Shown in pieces: positions 13,775 through 26,100 of a stretch of 64,000 bases of DNA; within the stretch, counting starts at the first letter, position 1; each line of letters starts with the position of its first letter. This DNA is from the human T2T-CHM13v2.0 reference genome, Homo sapiens, in assembly GCF_009914755.1 (NCBI RefSeq), contig NC_060932.1; one strand, given 5' to 3'. The translations under genes and the position numbers were made by a program. Below the pieces are notes generated by a model. That model was not told where the DNA came from, ran no database searches, and was given only the letters and a program-made list of their open reading frames with translations.

Positions 13775-13950
13775 TTATATACTTATACATATAACATTCA
13801 TATAACTACGTGTGTATATATATAAACTACATATATAATTGGAGATACATACACACATATATATACATGTACATATACGCATATATATACATGTATATAT
13901 ATACATAAATATACGTGTATATATATGTGTATATATACATGTATATATAA
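13775..13950. repeat. (TA/CA/TG) alternating low-complexity repeat
   Basis: atatatacatgtacatatacgcatatatatacatgtatatat... Confidence 0.9.
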
Positions 13951-14400
13951 AATATTTCTTCATGGATAAGCATTTCCAAACAAGTTTTACTGGGACCTGG
14001 GTGAAAGAAGCAGCCTTGGAAGTTACTGATAAAAGATTTAATTTTCCAAAGGTAAATGTTTGTATGTCAAAGTAGCATGAGATTGGAGCCATGGATACAT
14101 TCCATGGGATTTAAACTGGGCGACTCTTGTCTTATCTTCACCCTGGAGACATTTATTTGTAGTCTAAAGAGAAAAATAAAATAAAAAACTATGTTTCTTT
14201 CCATCTAACCCCAAGGAGAATTTGTTGTTCACATTCTGAGCAAAGGGTTCCCTCTCTTTCTCAGAAGTGGGTGTTGGGGAAGAGCTATCCCTTTCCCATA
14301 TAAACTCTCAGATTAATATCTTATGAGTTTCTAACCTATAGGATAGGTATCCTCATGTGTAGGGTGATATTTATTATATCTTTCATTCTTTGCATTGCTC

Positions 14401-16228
14401 CAGAAGGTAAATACTGTAAAATAATGATAAACAGTATTGTACAGTAAATATATAAACCTGCAACATAGTTGTTTATTATCAAGTATTGTCACAGGATCTT
14501 TGGGGTGTCGTTTCACCAGCCAGAAACCTCTGTAGCCAGTGGTGCCTTCTGTCTGAATATTGCTCACATCTGCGGGATTTGTTTCTCCCACTAGGCCCAG
14601 CAGCTGTGCTTGGCTTATGCCACGGGTCCTATACCAGCCAAGGCTACGCCAGTCCCGGAGCAGCAGGGGATGAGTGAGTGAGTGAATGAGCACGGGGTCT
14701 GGGCACTGCACACAGCCAACCAGGTGCCTCAGCTGCTGTGGTGGGGTGGGGAACTGCAGGCACCGGCACAGGTGCGGGTTCTGTGTGAGGCTGGGGCTGG
14801 ACCAGATGCACCTCAAGTGGTTTCCACTGTGGGTACCAGCGTCTGGATGTGGGGAATGCGGTGGCGCCCGGAGGCTTGGAGATGCCAGAAACTGCAGAGA
14901 CCGAAAGAGGGTGTCACAGCCCTGGCTCGGGGAGCCCCGAGGTCTGGGATCCCTGAAGGACTGCAGCTATTCTCTCCTTCTCATAACCTGCAACGTGGTG
15001 AGTGGGGTAACGTTTCAGCCCTGTTTGTGATACAGCTCTTTCAGTCCCACCATTTAGCAGGTCCCAAATTCTTTTCCCATGTCCGGGAAGAATGTGAGAT
15101 ACATGGACAACTGGAAGGTGAGCAAGGGGGATAGGAACTTCACTGAGTGACAGAACAGCTCTCAGGAGACCCACAGTGGGTAGCTCCTTTCAGCAGGCAG
15201 GTCATTCGACATCTGTTGAGTCTGACTGAGTCTGAGTTTTTTACCGGCTGAGAAGGGAGGATGTGCGTGCTGATTGGTCCGTGGGCAAACATGGGCAGGC
15301 CCAGAAAAAAGCACCATAAATTCTCACTCCAGGCCGTGGACTCCACCTAGAACTGAGCCCATCCCTCCAAGCTGCAGGCTCTCTCTGGCTTGAAGGTGGG
15401 GATTCACTGGGGACCTGCCCCTTTTAGCCCAGGAACCCGTCTGCCTCACACCAACATGTCTTCCATGGTGCCCGGGCTGTTTGTGCCAAGGGGCACCTGC
15501 AGGTCTGCACTGAGTCGCCCTCAGCTTCCAATCCTCGCCTCCCTCCATGAGCTCCTAGGTGCCCAAAGTTTCAGAGGGGGCTGACGCAGCAGGAGGAGTT
15601 GGAGGGTTAGCACTACCCGAGTGTGCGCACACCTGGCTGGGTTGCAGCAGCCTCCACGCTCATCTTCAACTTTGCTCCAAAATTGGAGCAGGTGCCTGTC
15701 TTCAACTTTGCTCCAAAATTGGAGCTGGTGCTGGGAGCAGAGAAGAGCCGGAGCAGGCCCTTCTGAGCTTACAGGTGTTGGGGGACTTCCCAGGTGCCTG
15801 AGAACACAGGGATATCTGGGTCTGGAGTCGCAGCTGGGTGGCTGCAACTGCTCCCGGGAACATGGGGCTCTTGGCCGGCCACCTCACCCCAAACCAGCCC
15901 CCTCTGGCTCTGTGGAGCACACAGCCCCGGCCATGCCTCCCCCGCTGAAGCTGGCATCCCTGCAGCAGGTGCTCCAGATGGGCTGCCGCTGCCATCAGTA
16001 TTATGTTCCGTCATAATCATACGTGCTATGCTTTTATACAACTGACAGCACAGTAGGTTTGTTTAAACCGACATCACCACAAACACATGAGTTATGCTTT
16101 GCACTATATTACAATACCTATGACATCACTAGGTAATAGAAATGTGCAGCTCTATTATAATCTTATGGGACCATCATCAGATATGTGGTTTGAGCTTGAA
16201 CAAAATACCGTTATGTGGTGCATGACTG
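14401..16228 (-). mobile_element. Tigger3 (TcMar) fragment split by MER52 (pieces 14401-14486 and 15998-16228)
   Basis: taacatagttgtttattatcaagtat|tatgt...gtaggtttgttt...tataatcttatgggacc...gttatgtggtgcatgactg+TA; the halves rejoin across the LTR. Confidence 0.85.
14487..15997 (-). mobile_element. MER52 (ERV1) solo LTR, ~1.5 kb
   Basis: Minus strand starts tgatggcagcggcagcccatctggagc and ends cccaaagatcctgtgaca; GC-rich; 4-bp TSD GTAT at 14483-14486 and 15998-16001. Confidence 0.92.
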
Positions 16229-16230
16229 TA

Positions 16231-17574
16231 CTTGACATTTAAATAAATTGACTGCTGTTTTCTAGGGTAGATGCACTCTCTTGTATCACCATCATGAAAG
16301 TTTCAGGTTTTCTGCATTCTTATCAACATTTGATATTCTCTTACAAAAAAAGTTGTACCTGTCCTAATAAGTATATAACAATATCTCATAGGATTCAATT
16401 TGCATTTCCACAATGGCTAAAGATATTAAATCTTTTTTCATGTGCTTACTTAGAATCAGCATATTCTTTTTGATAAAATGTCTATGCAAGTCTTTTACTC
16501 ATGTTCTAATTGTATTGTGTGTTTTTTCTACTGTTGAGTTTTGAGAATTCTTTATATATTCTAGATTCACGTCTTCTAACATAGATGGATTGCAAACACT
16601 TTCGATCTGTAACGTGTATTTTCTAGCTGGATTGCAAACACTTTCGATCTGTAACGTGTATTTTCATCCCCTTTACAATCTCAGAGCGAAAGTTTTTAGT
16701 TTTTATAATGTTCAATCTATAAATTAATTTTATGTACATGTTTTTGGTGTCTAAGAATTATTCACTTAGTTCTGGATCATAAATTCCTCCTGTCTATATT
16801 TATATCTAAAAATTTTAGAGTATTTTGTTTTACATATAAATTTATGATTTATTTCAAGCTAATTTTTATATATGGTGAGAGGTGTAAAAGTTTCTATTTA
16901 TTGTGGATTACAAATTTCTAATTGCTGTACCACAAGTACTTGAAGTTATTTCTCTTTTAAATTAGCTGGGTTAAAATTGTCAAAATTATCATGCATTTGC
17001 AGATCTATTTCTGGGTTCTCTACTGTGTTCCATTAATGAATGTCTCTATCTCTCTCTATATAAAACATTGATTTTACTGTTATAGCAATATATTATAAAT
17101 AGACAAAATTGGTTAAAAGTATATCTCCAATTTTTTTCTTTTGCAAAATTTCAAACTTTAAATGCTTTTAGAAATTTAGTTTGTTTTGTATTTACAGGAC
17201 GACTCAGTTATTTATTTCATATTCGGTGCTTTTCATAAACGTTCTATTTTATCTAAGTTGTTACATTAGAGATGTTCATGGTATTCTTTTATTGTATTGC
17301 ATGTCAGATATATAATAAAATCTCCTATTTTATTCCTGATATTAGCAATTTGTGTTTAATCTCATTTTTATCTGTCAGTCTTGCTAAAATTGTGAGAATT
17401 TCTTTTTTTGAAAGAACCAGCATTTTATATTATTAATTAAATCGTTTTGCTGGTTTCTGATCCTATAGTTAATATATCCTGCCTTCTGTTCACTTTGGTT
17501 TTATTTTCTTTTAGTATTTCAGTTTTATTGAGGTGAGAGCTTAGATTATATGGTTAAGACATGTTATCATTTCC
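16231..17574 (-). mobile_element. L1M ORF2 fragments continuing the host L1
   Basis: tttgcatttccacaatggctaaagatattaaatcttttttcatgtgcttactt; ctgttgagttttgagaattctttatatattctagat; gaaagaaccagc. Confidence 0.8.
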
Positions 17575-20500
17575 TTTTTTCCAATAAAAAACCCTAACTT
17601 TTAATTTTTTTGATTTTTTATAGTTTCAATGTCATTTATTTCTGCTCTGATCATTATTATTTCTTTCATTCTACTAATTTTAGGTTTGGCTAATTTTTGC
17701 TTTTCTAACTCCTTGAGGTACATCATTAGGTTGTATATATGAAATTTTTCTAGTTTTTTTGATGGAGATATGTGTTGCTACAAACTTGTCTGCAAATACT
17801 GATTTTCTGCATCTCATAGGTGATATCCCATATGCTTTTTTTCTATTTTGTTTATTTCTAGGAATTCTACATTTTCTTAATTTCTTACTTGACTCATTGG
17901 TCTTTCAGGAGCATGTTGTTTAATTTCCATGTATTTGTACATTTCTAAATGTTCTCCTTGTTATTCACTCCTAGTTTTATTCCATTGTGATCAGAAAGTA
18001 TATTTTATATAATTTGGATATTTTAAATTTTTTGAGTTGTTTTTTGTGCTAACATATGGTCAAACCTGGATAAGGTTTAATGTGTTTATGAAAAGAATGT
18101 GTGTTCTTCAGCTGTTGGGTGAAATGTTCTACAAGCGTCTGCTGGATAAATTTGGTCTATGGTATGGTTTAAATTCAATGTTTCTTTGTTTTTCTGTCTT
18201 GATGATCTATCCGATGCTGAAAGTGGGGTATTAAAGACCTCAACTATTATTGTATTGGAGTCTATCTTGCTCTTCAGATCTAATATTTGCTTTTTATATC
18301 TGAGTGCTCCAGTGCAGACTGAATATGTATTTACAATTGTTATATACTCTTGTTGAATTGACCCCTTTATTCCTACATAATGTCCTCCTGTCTCTTTTTA
18401 TAGGTTTTATTTAAGGTCTATTTTATATATTAGTATAGCTATTCTTGCTCACTTATGATTTGTATTTGCAAGAAATATCTTTTTCCAACCCTTCACTTTT
18501 AGTGTATGTGTTTATGTTTATTTTAGTGTATGTGTTTATTTTAGTGTATGTGTTTACACTACCTGTAAGACATGTAATGTCTTACAGGTGAAGTGGGTTT
18601 CTTATTGGCAGCATATTTTAGGGTCTTTTTTCCCCCATTTGGCCAGTCTATATCCTTTAATGGGAGAATTTAATCTGCTTACATTCATGGTTATTATTGA
18701 TAGGCGAAGATGTGCTCTATCATTTTATAGTTTTCTGGATTTTATTTGGTGTGTCCTTTTATTTTTTTAATCCTGTCTCATTGTTTGTTTGTGATGTTTT
18801 ACATTTTTTTCCAGTAATGAGGTTTGATTCCTTTATCTTTCTCCTCTGTATATCTGCTCCTCCAGTGAGTTTCATAATTGTGCATCTTTTCATGATAATA
18901 GTGACCATCTCTTCACTTCCAGATGCAGAATTTCCTTAAGCATTTATTGTAAGGCCAATCTAATGATGATTAATTTCCTTAGTTTTTGCTTGTCTGTGAA
19001 AAACTATTTCTCCTTCATTTCTGAAGAACAGTTTTTGCTGGGTATAGCATTCTTGACTGAGAAGTTCTTTTTTTTTTTCTTTAACACTTTCATTATATTA
19101 TTCCATTCTCTCCTAGATTTTAAGGTTTCTGAGAAATCTGTTGTTAGTCTAACGGATATTCCCTTCTATGTGATCTGATGCTTTTCTCTTGCTATTTTTA
19201 GAATTCTTTGTGTTTGACTTTTGATAGATTGACTAAAAGGAGGCTTGGAGAGAATCTGCTTGGGTGTGATATATTTGAAGATCTTTGAGCTACTTGGATC
19301 TGAATGTTCCTCTCTCTCTCAAAATTTGAGAAAATTTTCAGTTATTATTTTATTAAGTACGTTTTCTATAGCTTTTCTCTTTTCTTTGTGGAATCCATAT
19401 AGTGTCCCTAAATATCTGATTAATAGTGTCTCATAGTGTCCCATAGTTCCTGTAGCCATTCTTCATTCTTTTTATGTTTCTTTTTTGTTTTCTTTGACTG
19501 CCTGGGTTATTTCAAAATATATGTTTTCAAGTTCAGAGATTGTTTCTTCTGCTTAGTCTAGTCATTTGTGGAAGTTCTCAATTATATTTATTTCACTCAT
19601 TGACTTATGTTTGCTTCTTTTTTATATCAATCTTTTTATTGAATTTCTCATTTGGATGATAATTTTTTTCTAATTTTGTTGAATTGCCTTTCTGTATTCT
19701 CTTAAATCTTTTTGAGTTTCCTTAAGATTATTATTTGAATTCCTTTTTTGGCATTGTGTATATTTATTTCTTTGGGTCTGTTACTTAAGAATTATTGAGT
19801 TCCTATTGAAGGGTATGTTACCTTTTTTTCTTTACATCTATTGTGTTCCTATATTGATATCTGCGCATCTGGTAGAATAGTTACCTCTTCCAATTATATA
19901 AGATATGTTTCATAGAGAAAGACTTATTCCTATAAGTGGATCTTGAGGTGTCCATTGGGTGGGGTGCATTAGCTTTGGTTCTGGGTGGATGCTGGTAGTG
20001 TAGTCTCTGCATAGTTTATTCAACTGTAATACATCTTGGTGATGTTTGTGAGTGTCTCTCAGTTGCAAAGACTGTGGAAGTTTGTAGTGTTGGTGGAATA
20101 GCTTTGCCAGGGCTGGGCTCACCAGTTTGTCCCTCAGGCTGGGGGTATGCATGCACATGGAGGGTCTGCCAGCTCAGGGACTGGCTTGCTGGGGTTGGAG
20201 ATACTAGGCTGTTACTCCAGTCTAGGACATAGACATGTAGTGGCTCATCTGGCTCAAACTTATGTCTGCTCAGGGCTGTTCCGTAGCAGCATGGGTCACG
20301 GATTGGGGCACAATTTGTGACCCATATCTGGAGCAATGCAGCCACATGAATTCCAGGCACCTTCTCAATCTGAGCTCATGGCTTGTGAGAACTGTGTGAT
20401 TCTCCTGTAGTAAGGACTGCAAATGTATGTAGTGGCAACGGGAGATGGATGAAGTTATCTGCTTAATCTGCTTACCTTTTCTCCACAAGGGAAGTCCATC

Positions 20501-20745
20501 CTGATTCTGAATCAGTCTTGCAGGGGAGATGAAACAGCAGAGGCCAGATGCCTTGTTTCCTTTTCTTCATTGTCATCCTGGACTTCTAACCACCACATTG
20601 ACCTCACCGTTATCTTGCTGTACTCTAGTACTCTGTATCCAACACTCCAGTCAAATTTTAGTTATTATTTGTTGTTTTTTGTCTTTTCTTGTGTGGTGGT
20701 GAGCACTGGACACTTCCAGTCAGCCATCTTGCTTATGTCACTCTC
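17575..20745 (-). mobile_element. L1 (L1M2/L1MA-like) 5' part: 5'UTR, ORF1 and start of ORF2, all disrupted
   Basis: Minus strand starts gagagtgacataagcaagatggctgac; GC-richer 5'UTR ~19900-20745; antisense endonuclease-region motifs (ttcaggagcatgttgtttaatttccatgtattt; gctgaaagtggggtattaaag). Confidence 0.8.
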
Positions 20746-20751
20746 ATTTCC

Positions 20752-23300
20752 ACTGTAAACCTTTAGTAGCATAAATTTCTTTGTTTTACAGTATCCCTCA
20801 AAATTTGAAATGTTGTTTTTATTTTATTGTTTTATTTGTTCTGTTGTTTTTAATTTCACTTGAGACATTCTTTTTCCCCCCTTTTACTTTTAATATACAT
20901 TAAAATTGTTTTGTTTTATTTCAAAGTTTTTGAAAGTTTTATCTTATCTATTATTGATGTTTAATGTTCTTTCATATGGTTAGAGAATATAGTCCAGATT
21001 ATTTTAACTCATACAAATTATTGACATATATTTTATGAGCCAAAGTATGGTCTGTCTAGGTGACCATTTATGGACACTTGAAAATAGTGTTCATTTTGTT
21101 GTTGATGGGTGAAGTGTGCTATACATGCCATTTAAACCCTATTGGTAAACAATGTCTTTACATTCCTGTATCAAATGATGCATGTGTGTATATAATTATA
21201 CCTTGAATAACACCATGGAACTCATTCAAAGTGTCACTAATAATACTGGAAATACTCCCAAGTAGTGAGAAAAGTCATCACATTACAAAAAAAAGTTGAA
21301 TTTCTTGATAGGCACTGAAGATTGAGGTTTGCAGCTATGGTTTTCTACCATTTCAGACAGAAGATTCTTCTTGTGAACAGATGACATAAACTTAACAGTA
21401 CTGATAAAAAAGTACAGTACTCTGAGTGTGTTTTCTCTTCTTAGGATTTTCTTAACAATATTTTCTTTTCTCTAGCTTGCTTTATTGTAAGAATGTATCT
21501 TTGCTGTTTTTCTCTTTTGTATTTCTGTCAATTGTTTTGAGAGTATTTTTTAAAATTTCTGGTTATAATTTAAAATTTTTAATTTTCACTTTATTTCCAT
21601 CAGTTTTTTTTTTTCTTATTATACTTTAAAACTCTGATGTTTGGAACATTTAAGATTGTTATGTCTTTTTGATGAGTTGACACTTTTATTATTGCTTAAT
21701 GTCCCTCTTCATCCTTGACAATTTTCATTGCTGTGAATTCTACTTTTTTTAACATTATTAAAGCCATTCCTGTCTGCTTTTGATTAAAATTTTTGTAGTA
21801 TATATTTTTAAATCATTTATTTTAATCTTATATTTCAAGTGAGTTTCTTATAGACAGAATATAGCTGATTCATTCTTTTTAAATCCACTATCTCAATCTC
21901 TGCCTTTTAAATGGTGCATCTGGAACATTTGTATTTAATGTAATTATTCATATATTAGGGTTAAGTTTATCCTTTTATTGTATATTTTCTATTTATCTCT
22001 TATGTTTTCCATTTCTCTGTTTTACTTTTCCTTCATTAGTGTGGGAATCTTTTCCATTCTGTTTTTGATTATCTCTAGAGATTTTTACTGTGTCTCCATG
22101 TAAATTTTTAGGAGTCACTGTATTTTATTATACATACATAACTTATCAGACATTAGTGCCAAAATAAATAAATAAATAACAATACTAATACATTCCTTGC
22201 CTCCATTTAGGTTTCTTTGCCCTCTCTCCTTTTTAGTATAGTAGTAAATATTTTCTCTATGTACAATGAGAGCTGTATCAGATAATGTTACTAATTTGGC
22301 ATCCACAATCTAATACCATGTAGAACACTCAAAAACAGAATGAGAATTTATTATATTTATACATATTTTTATACTTTTTATTATTTTCCTTTTTTCTGAT
22401 GTTCCACAAATATTTATTTATTGTTTCTTTTCTGTTTGGAAAACTGCTTTTAACCATGCTTTTAGGATATGTTTCTGATAGCAAATTCTGATTGTTTCCC
22501 TTGGTCTGAGATTATTTTTATTTCATGTCCTTACTTAAAGAATACAAAATTTTACTAAATATAAGTGTTGGTTGACAGTTACTTTATTTCAGCACTCAAA
22601 ATATGTGTGTCACTTTCTGTTGGTCTTTATGATTAGAGATGAGAAGTCCACTGCCATTTGCTTTGGTGTTTCTCTATATTTATTTTTTCTGTAACCATAT
22701 TTGAGATTTGTATTTGTGTTTAGTTTTCGGATATTTGATTGTGATATGCCTTGGCATGGATTTCTTTGGATTTCTTTTTTTGGATTTGTTCTACTTCTTG
22801 CATCTGTAGGTTTATTATTTAATTTTAGTCACTCTGGAAATCAAATTATGCAAATAACAGATTTTATATTATCTCGCCTTCATGAGGTTATTTTTTTTCC
22901 AGTCTATTTCTTCTCTGTTGTTCAGCCTGATTATTTTTGTTGCTCTTAAAGTTGCCTTATTCTGTTTTTAGCCATACTCAATCTTTTATTGAGCCAATCT
23001 GATGCTTTTCTTACATTCCAATTGTTGCATTTTTTCATTTAAAATTTCTTTGTTTTCTGTTTTTATCTCCATTCATTTACTTAGACTTTCATTTTATATT
23101 TGTTCCAAGTATTTTCATAATTTTTGAAGCCTTTATAGAATTACTTATTAAAATATTTGCTACATAATTTTACTATATGACTCATCTCAATTTTCACATC
23201 AATTTGTTATTTTTTCTCATTCCAGTTGCACTGTTTTGTTTCTTTTTTAAGGCAAGTAATTTTAAAATTGTGATCAGAACATTTTGTGTTTTATGTTTGG
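20752..23300 (-). mobile_element. Host L1M ORF2-start and ORF1 fragments, interrupted by Tigger2
   Basis: ggttagagaatatagtc; cacttgaaaatagtg; gagtttcttatagacagaatatagctg; gatgagaagtccactgccatt. Confidence 0.65.
21193..21497 (+). mobile_element. Tigger2-family internally deleted fragment
   Basis: aagtgtcactaataatactggaaatactcccaag...gaaaagtcatcacattacaa...gttgaatttcttgata; ttttcttttctctagcttgctttattgtaagaat. Confidence 0.8.
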
Positions 23301-23796
23301 AGTTTTTTAATATAATTCAATCTTCTACTCTACAGGCAGTCTGTTTATGTATAGTACCTAGATGCAGACTTGATGTGAATTTTCAGCTGCAGATTAGGCA
23401 CCACTGAATATATGCTCATCAAAACAAAGTGCCATCTTATTCTACCTTACCACACCTTCCAAGTTAGTGTGGACATCAATAAATAATATGAGAATAAACA
23501 ACAGAGAAAGTGTCTGAAATAATTAAAATTAAGTTTGTTTGTGGGAATAGAACTTGCAAAGTGATAAAGCTTGAGGAAATACATTGAATTATTTCATTAA
23601 ATGGTGGAGTTTTTTGTCATTTGAAGCTATGTACTTGTATTAAAAACATATAACAAAACGTCGTTAGATAATAATTGGAGATGGAAGGATCATTTTGACT
23701 CTTTCCAATTTCTAATAACTAGAGAAATATCACCAGATAAAGTCAGTTTGTAGAAAAACAATGGAATTCCATAGAAAGCATTGTAACAAAATGGCA

Positions 23797-24190
23797 CAAT
23801 CAATCCTTATTTGTTGCAGATCTGTATTTGAAGATCTACCTACTAACTATAATTTATTTGTAACCCCCAAATCAATATTCATGGTGAATTTTCAGTCACT
23901 TGTAGAAATGTAATTGCTTATAGCAGTGAATACTTTGTCACCTGGGATGCACATTCCCAGATGAGGTCAAACAACATGGCATTGCCTTCTTGCTTCATCT
24001 CTTACACTACAAACAAGTGTTCTTTTTCCACTATATTTACTCCAACCATGATTTTTGCATGTTTGTGCTTTTTGTGTTTTGCTATTTTAAATGATTACTA
24101 AACATAGTAAACTTGAAGTAAGCATAAGTACCATAGGGAGAATATACAGGTGTTACATAAGCTTTGTTCCTATATGAATTATGGTGTAAT
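23797..24190 (+). mobile_element. MER82-like TcMar-Tigger fragment
   Basis: aatttatttgtaacccccaaatcaata...cacattcccagatgaggtcaaacaa...tgccttcttgcttca...aaacaagtgt. Confidence 0.75.
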
Positions 24191-24420
24191 GATGGTATAA
24201 TTCTATTGTCTTCACTATATTCATCATGGAATGAAAAATAGAGCTAAATTTTCTAAACCATGGGCATAGCTTTTTTGTTTATTACATTTAGTATAACCAG
24301 TGTTGTTTTTTTCCCAAAATACATTACAACTCTTTTATGCCTTCTTAAACAGAATTTTAAAGAAACTATTCAATGATCAATATAATATGAAACTATTTAA
24401 TGATCAATATAATATGAACC

Positions 24421-24727
24421 AGTCTGGCGCCATGACTCATGCCTGTAATCCCAGCACTTTGGGAGGCCCAGGCGGGCGGATCACCTGAGGTCAGAAGTTC
24501 GAGACCTGGCCAACATGGCGAAAACCCGTCTCTACTAAAAATACAAAAAATTAGCCCGGCATGGTGGCGGGTGCCTGTAATCCCAGCTACTAGGGAGGCT
24601 GAGCCAGGGAGAATTGCTTGAACCCAGGAGGCAGAGGTTGCTGTGAGCCAAGATCAGGCCACTGCACTCCAGGCTGGCCCAGAAGAGAGAGACTCAGGAA
24701 GAAAACCTAAACAAAACAAACAAAAAC
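24421..24727 (+). mobile_element. AluS (Sx-like)
   Basis: gcctgtaatcccagcactttgggagg...ggatcacctgaggtcag; dimeric; CA-interrupted tail; no clear TSD. Confidence 0.93.
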
Positions 24728-24893
24728 CCAGAATGTTATAAATAGAATGAAGTCGTTTGTTTCCAAAGTTGGTGTACTAGAACAATGTGAAAAAAATAGT
24801 AAAAGCAAGATATTTCATGGCAAAGTTATCTCGGGTAAACACTGCAGTCACAAGCACTGCTGGTGAGTATTCTCAGGGCAAATGACAAAAGGG
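24728..24893 (-). mobile_element. MER75 piggyBac non-autonomous element, one end only
   Basis: gatatttcatggcaaagttatctcgggtaaacactgcag...gagtattctcagggcaaatgacaaaaggg followed by TTAA (24894-24897). Confidence 0.85.
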
Positions 24894-25442
24894 TTAAAAA
24901 AAATGTATGGCTACATAGGTCTGGCTTGTTGGATTTTGGTTTTTGCATTTAGAGGAGGCATCATTTTAAATTAGCAATATGTATTGTCCATTTTGGCAGT
25001 GAGGTGTTTTAGAAAGAAAAAAGAACACTGGTAATGTTAAATCATGACAAATAGTGTTCTGTTTTTGGAAATAATATTGGGTATATAGAGAAGAATAGCT
25101 GAGAATCATATGGTAGGAAGGAAGACAGGCTGCTGTATTATAATGGAGTCTTTTTAAAATCATGCTAAAATGCTTTGACTTTATTGGGTAAACATTAAAA
25201 TGTTTTGAGGCAAAGGGTTTAATTGTTTAGTGCTGAAATGTGTATTCATGTTGAAATGTAGATCAGAAAAGGGAAATTTAAGGTAAAGCACCTTATCGTT
25301 ATGAGTTTTTTTATTATCCTAACTTATGGGCATCTCAGAATTATATCTGATGACAATTTAATGGCGCTTATAGAGTGCTTTCTAAATTAATTAATTATCG
25401 ATATTTCAATTGAGACTGTCTAATAATATAGGGATATCAATT

Positions 25443-25655
25443 GCAGCTAATGTCTAGATAGTGCTTACTTTATGATAGATACTGTTATAATGGCCCTAAC
25501 ATCTTATCTCATTTAAAACCTGCTCAAAGCCCTGTGAGGTAGCCATCATCCTCATTTACAAATCAGACATCAAAGCATCGAGATGTTAGGTAATTCATGC
25601 AAGTTCAGATCCAATATTCAAACCTAAGTTCCAGCCTGTGCTCATAAGCACTGAC
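25443..25655 (-). mobile_element. MIR SINE
   Basis: tatctcatttaaaacc...ccctgtgaggtag...cctcatttacaaat...gatgttaggtaatt. Confidence 0.7.
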
Positions 25656-25754
25656 TCATGTGTAAAGAATGGAACAAAGTTGAAAATGTCCATAGAGCTA
25701 GAATTGCATGTGGATGTTGTTAATTTTCTGCCAAAAATAAGGGAATTGACATAA

Positions 25755-26100
<346 letters not shown>

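Noticed and set aside
13775-14092. 105-aa and 78-aa ORFs rich in Y/I/H/C
   Set aside because: Translation of the TA/CA repeat
14331-16045. Cluster of overlapping ORFs up to 161 aa
   Set aside because: They lie almost wholly within the GC-rich MER52 LTR, occur in many frames on both strands and show no recognisable domain
18497-18556. CRISPR-like repeats (also 36558-36619)
   Set aside because: Only two or three copies, no unique regular spacers, no cas genes, and a primate genomic context
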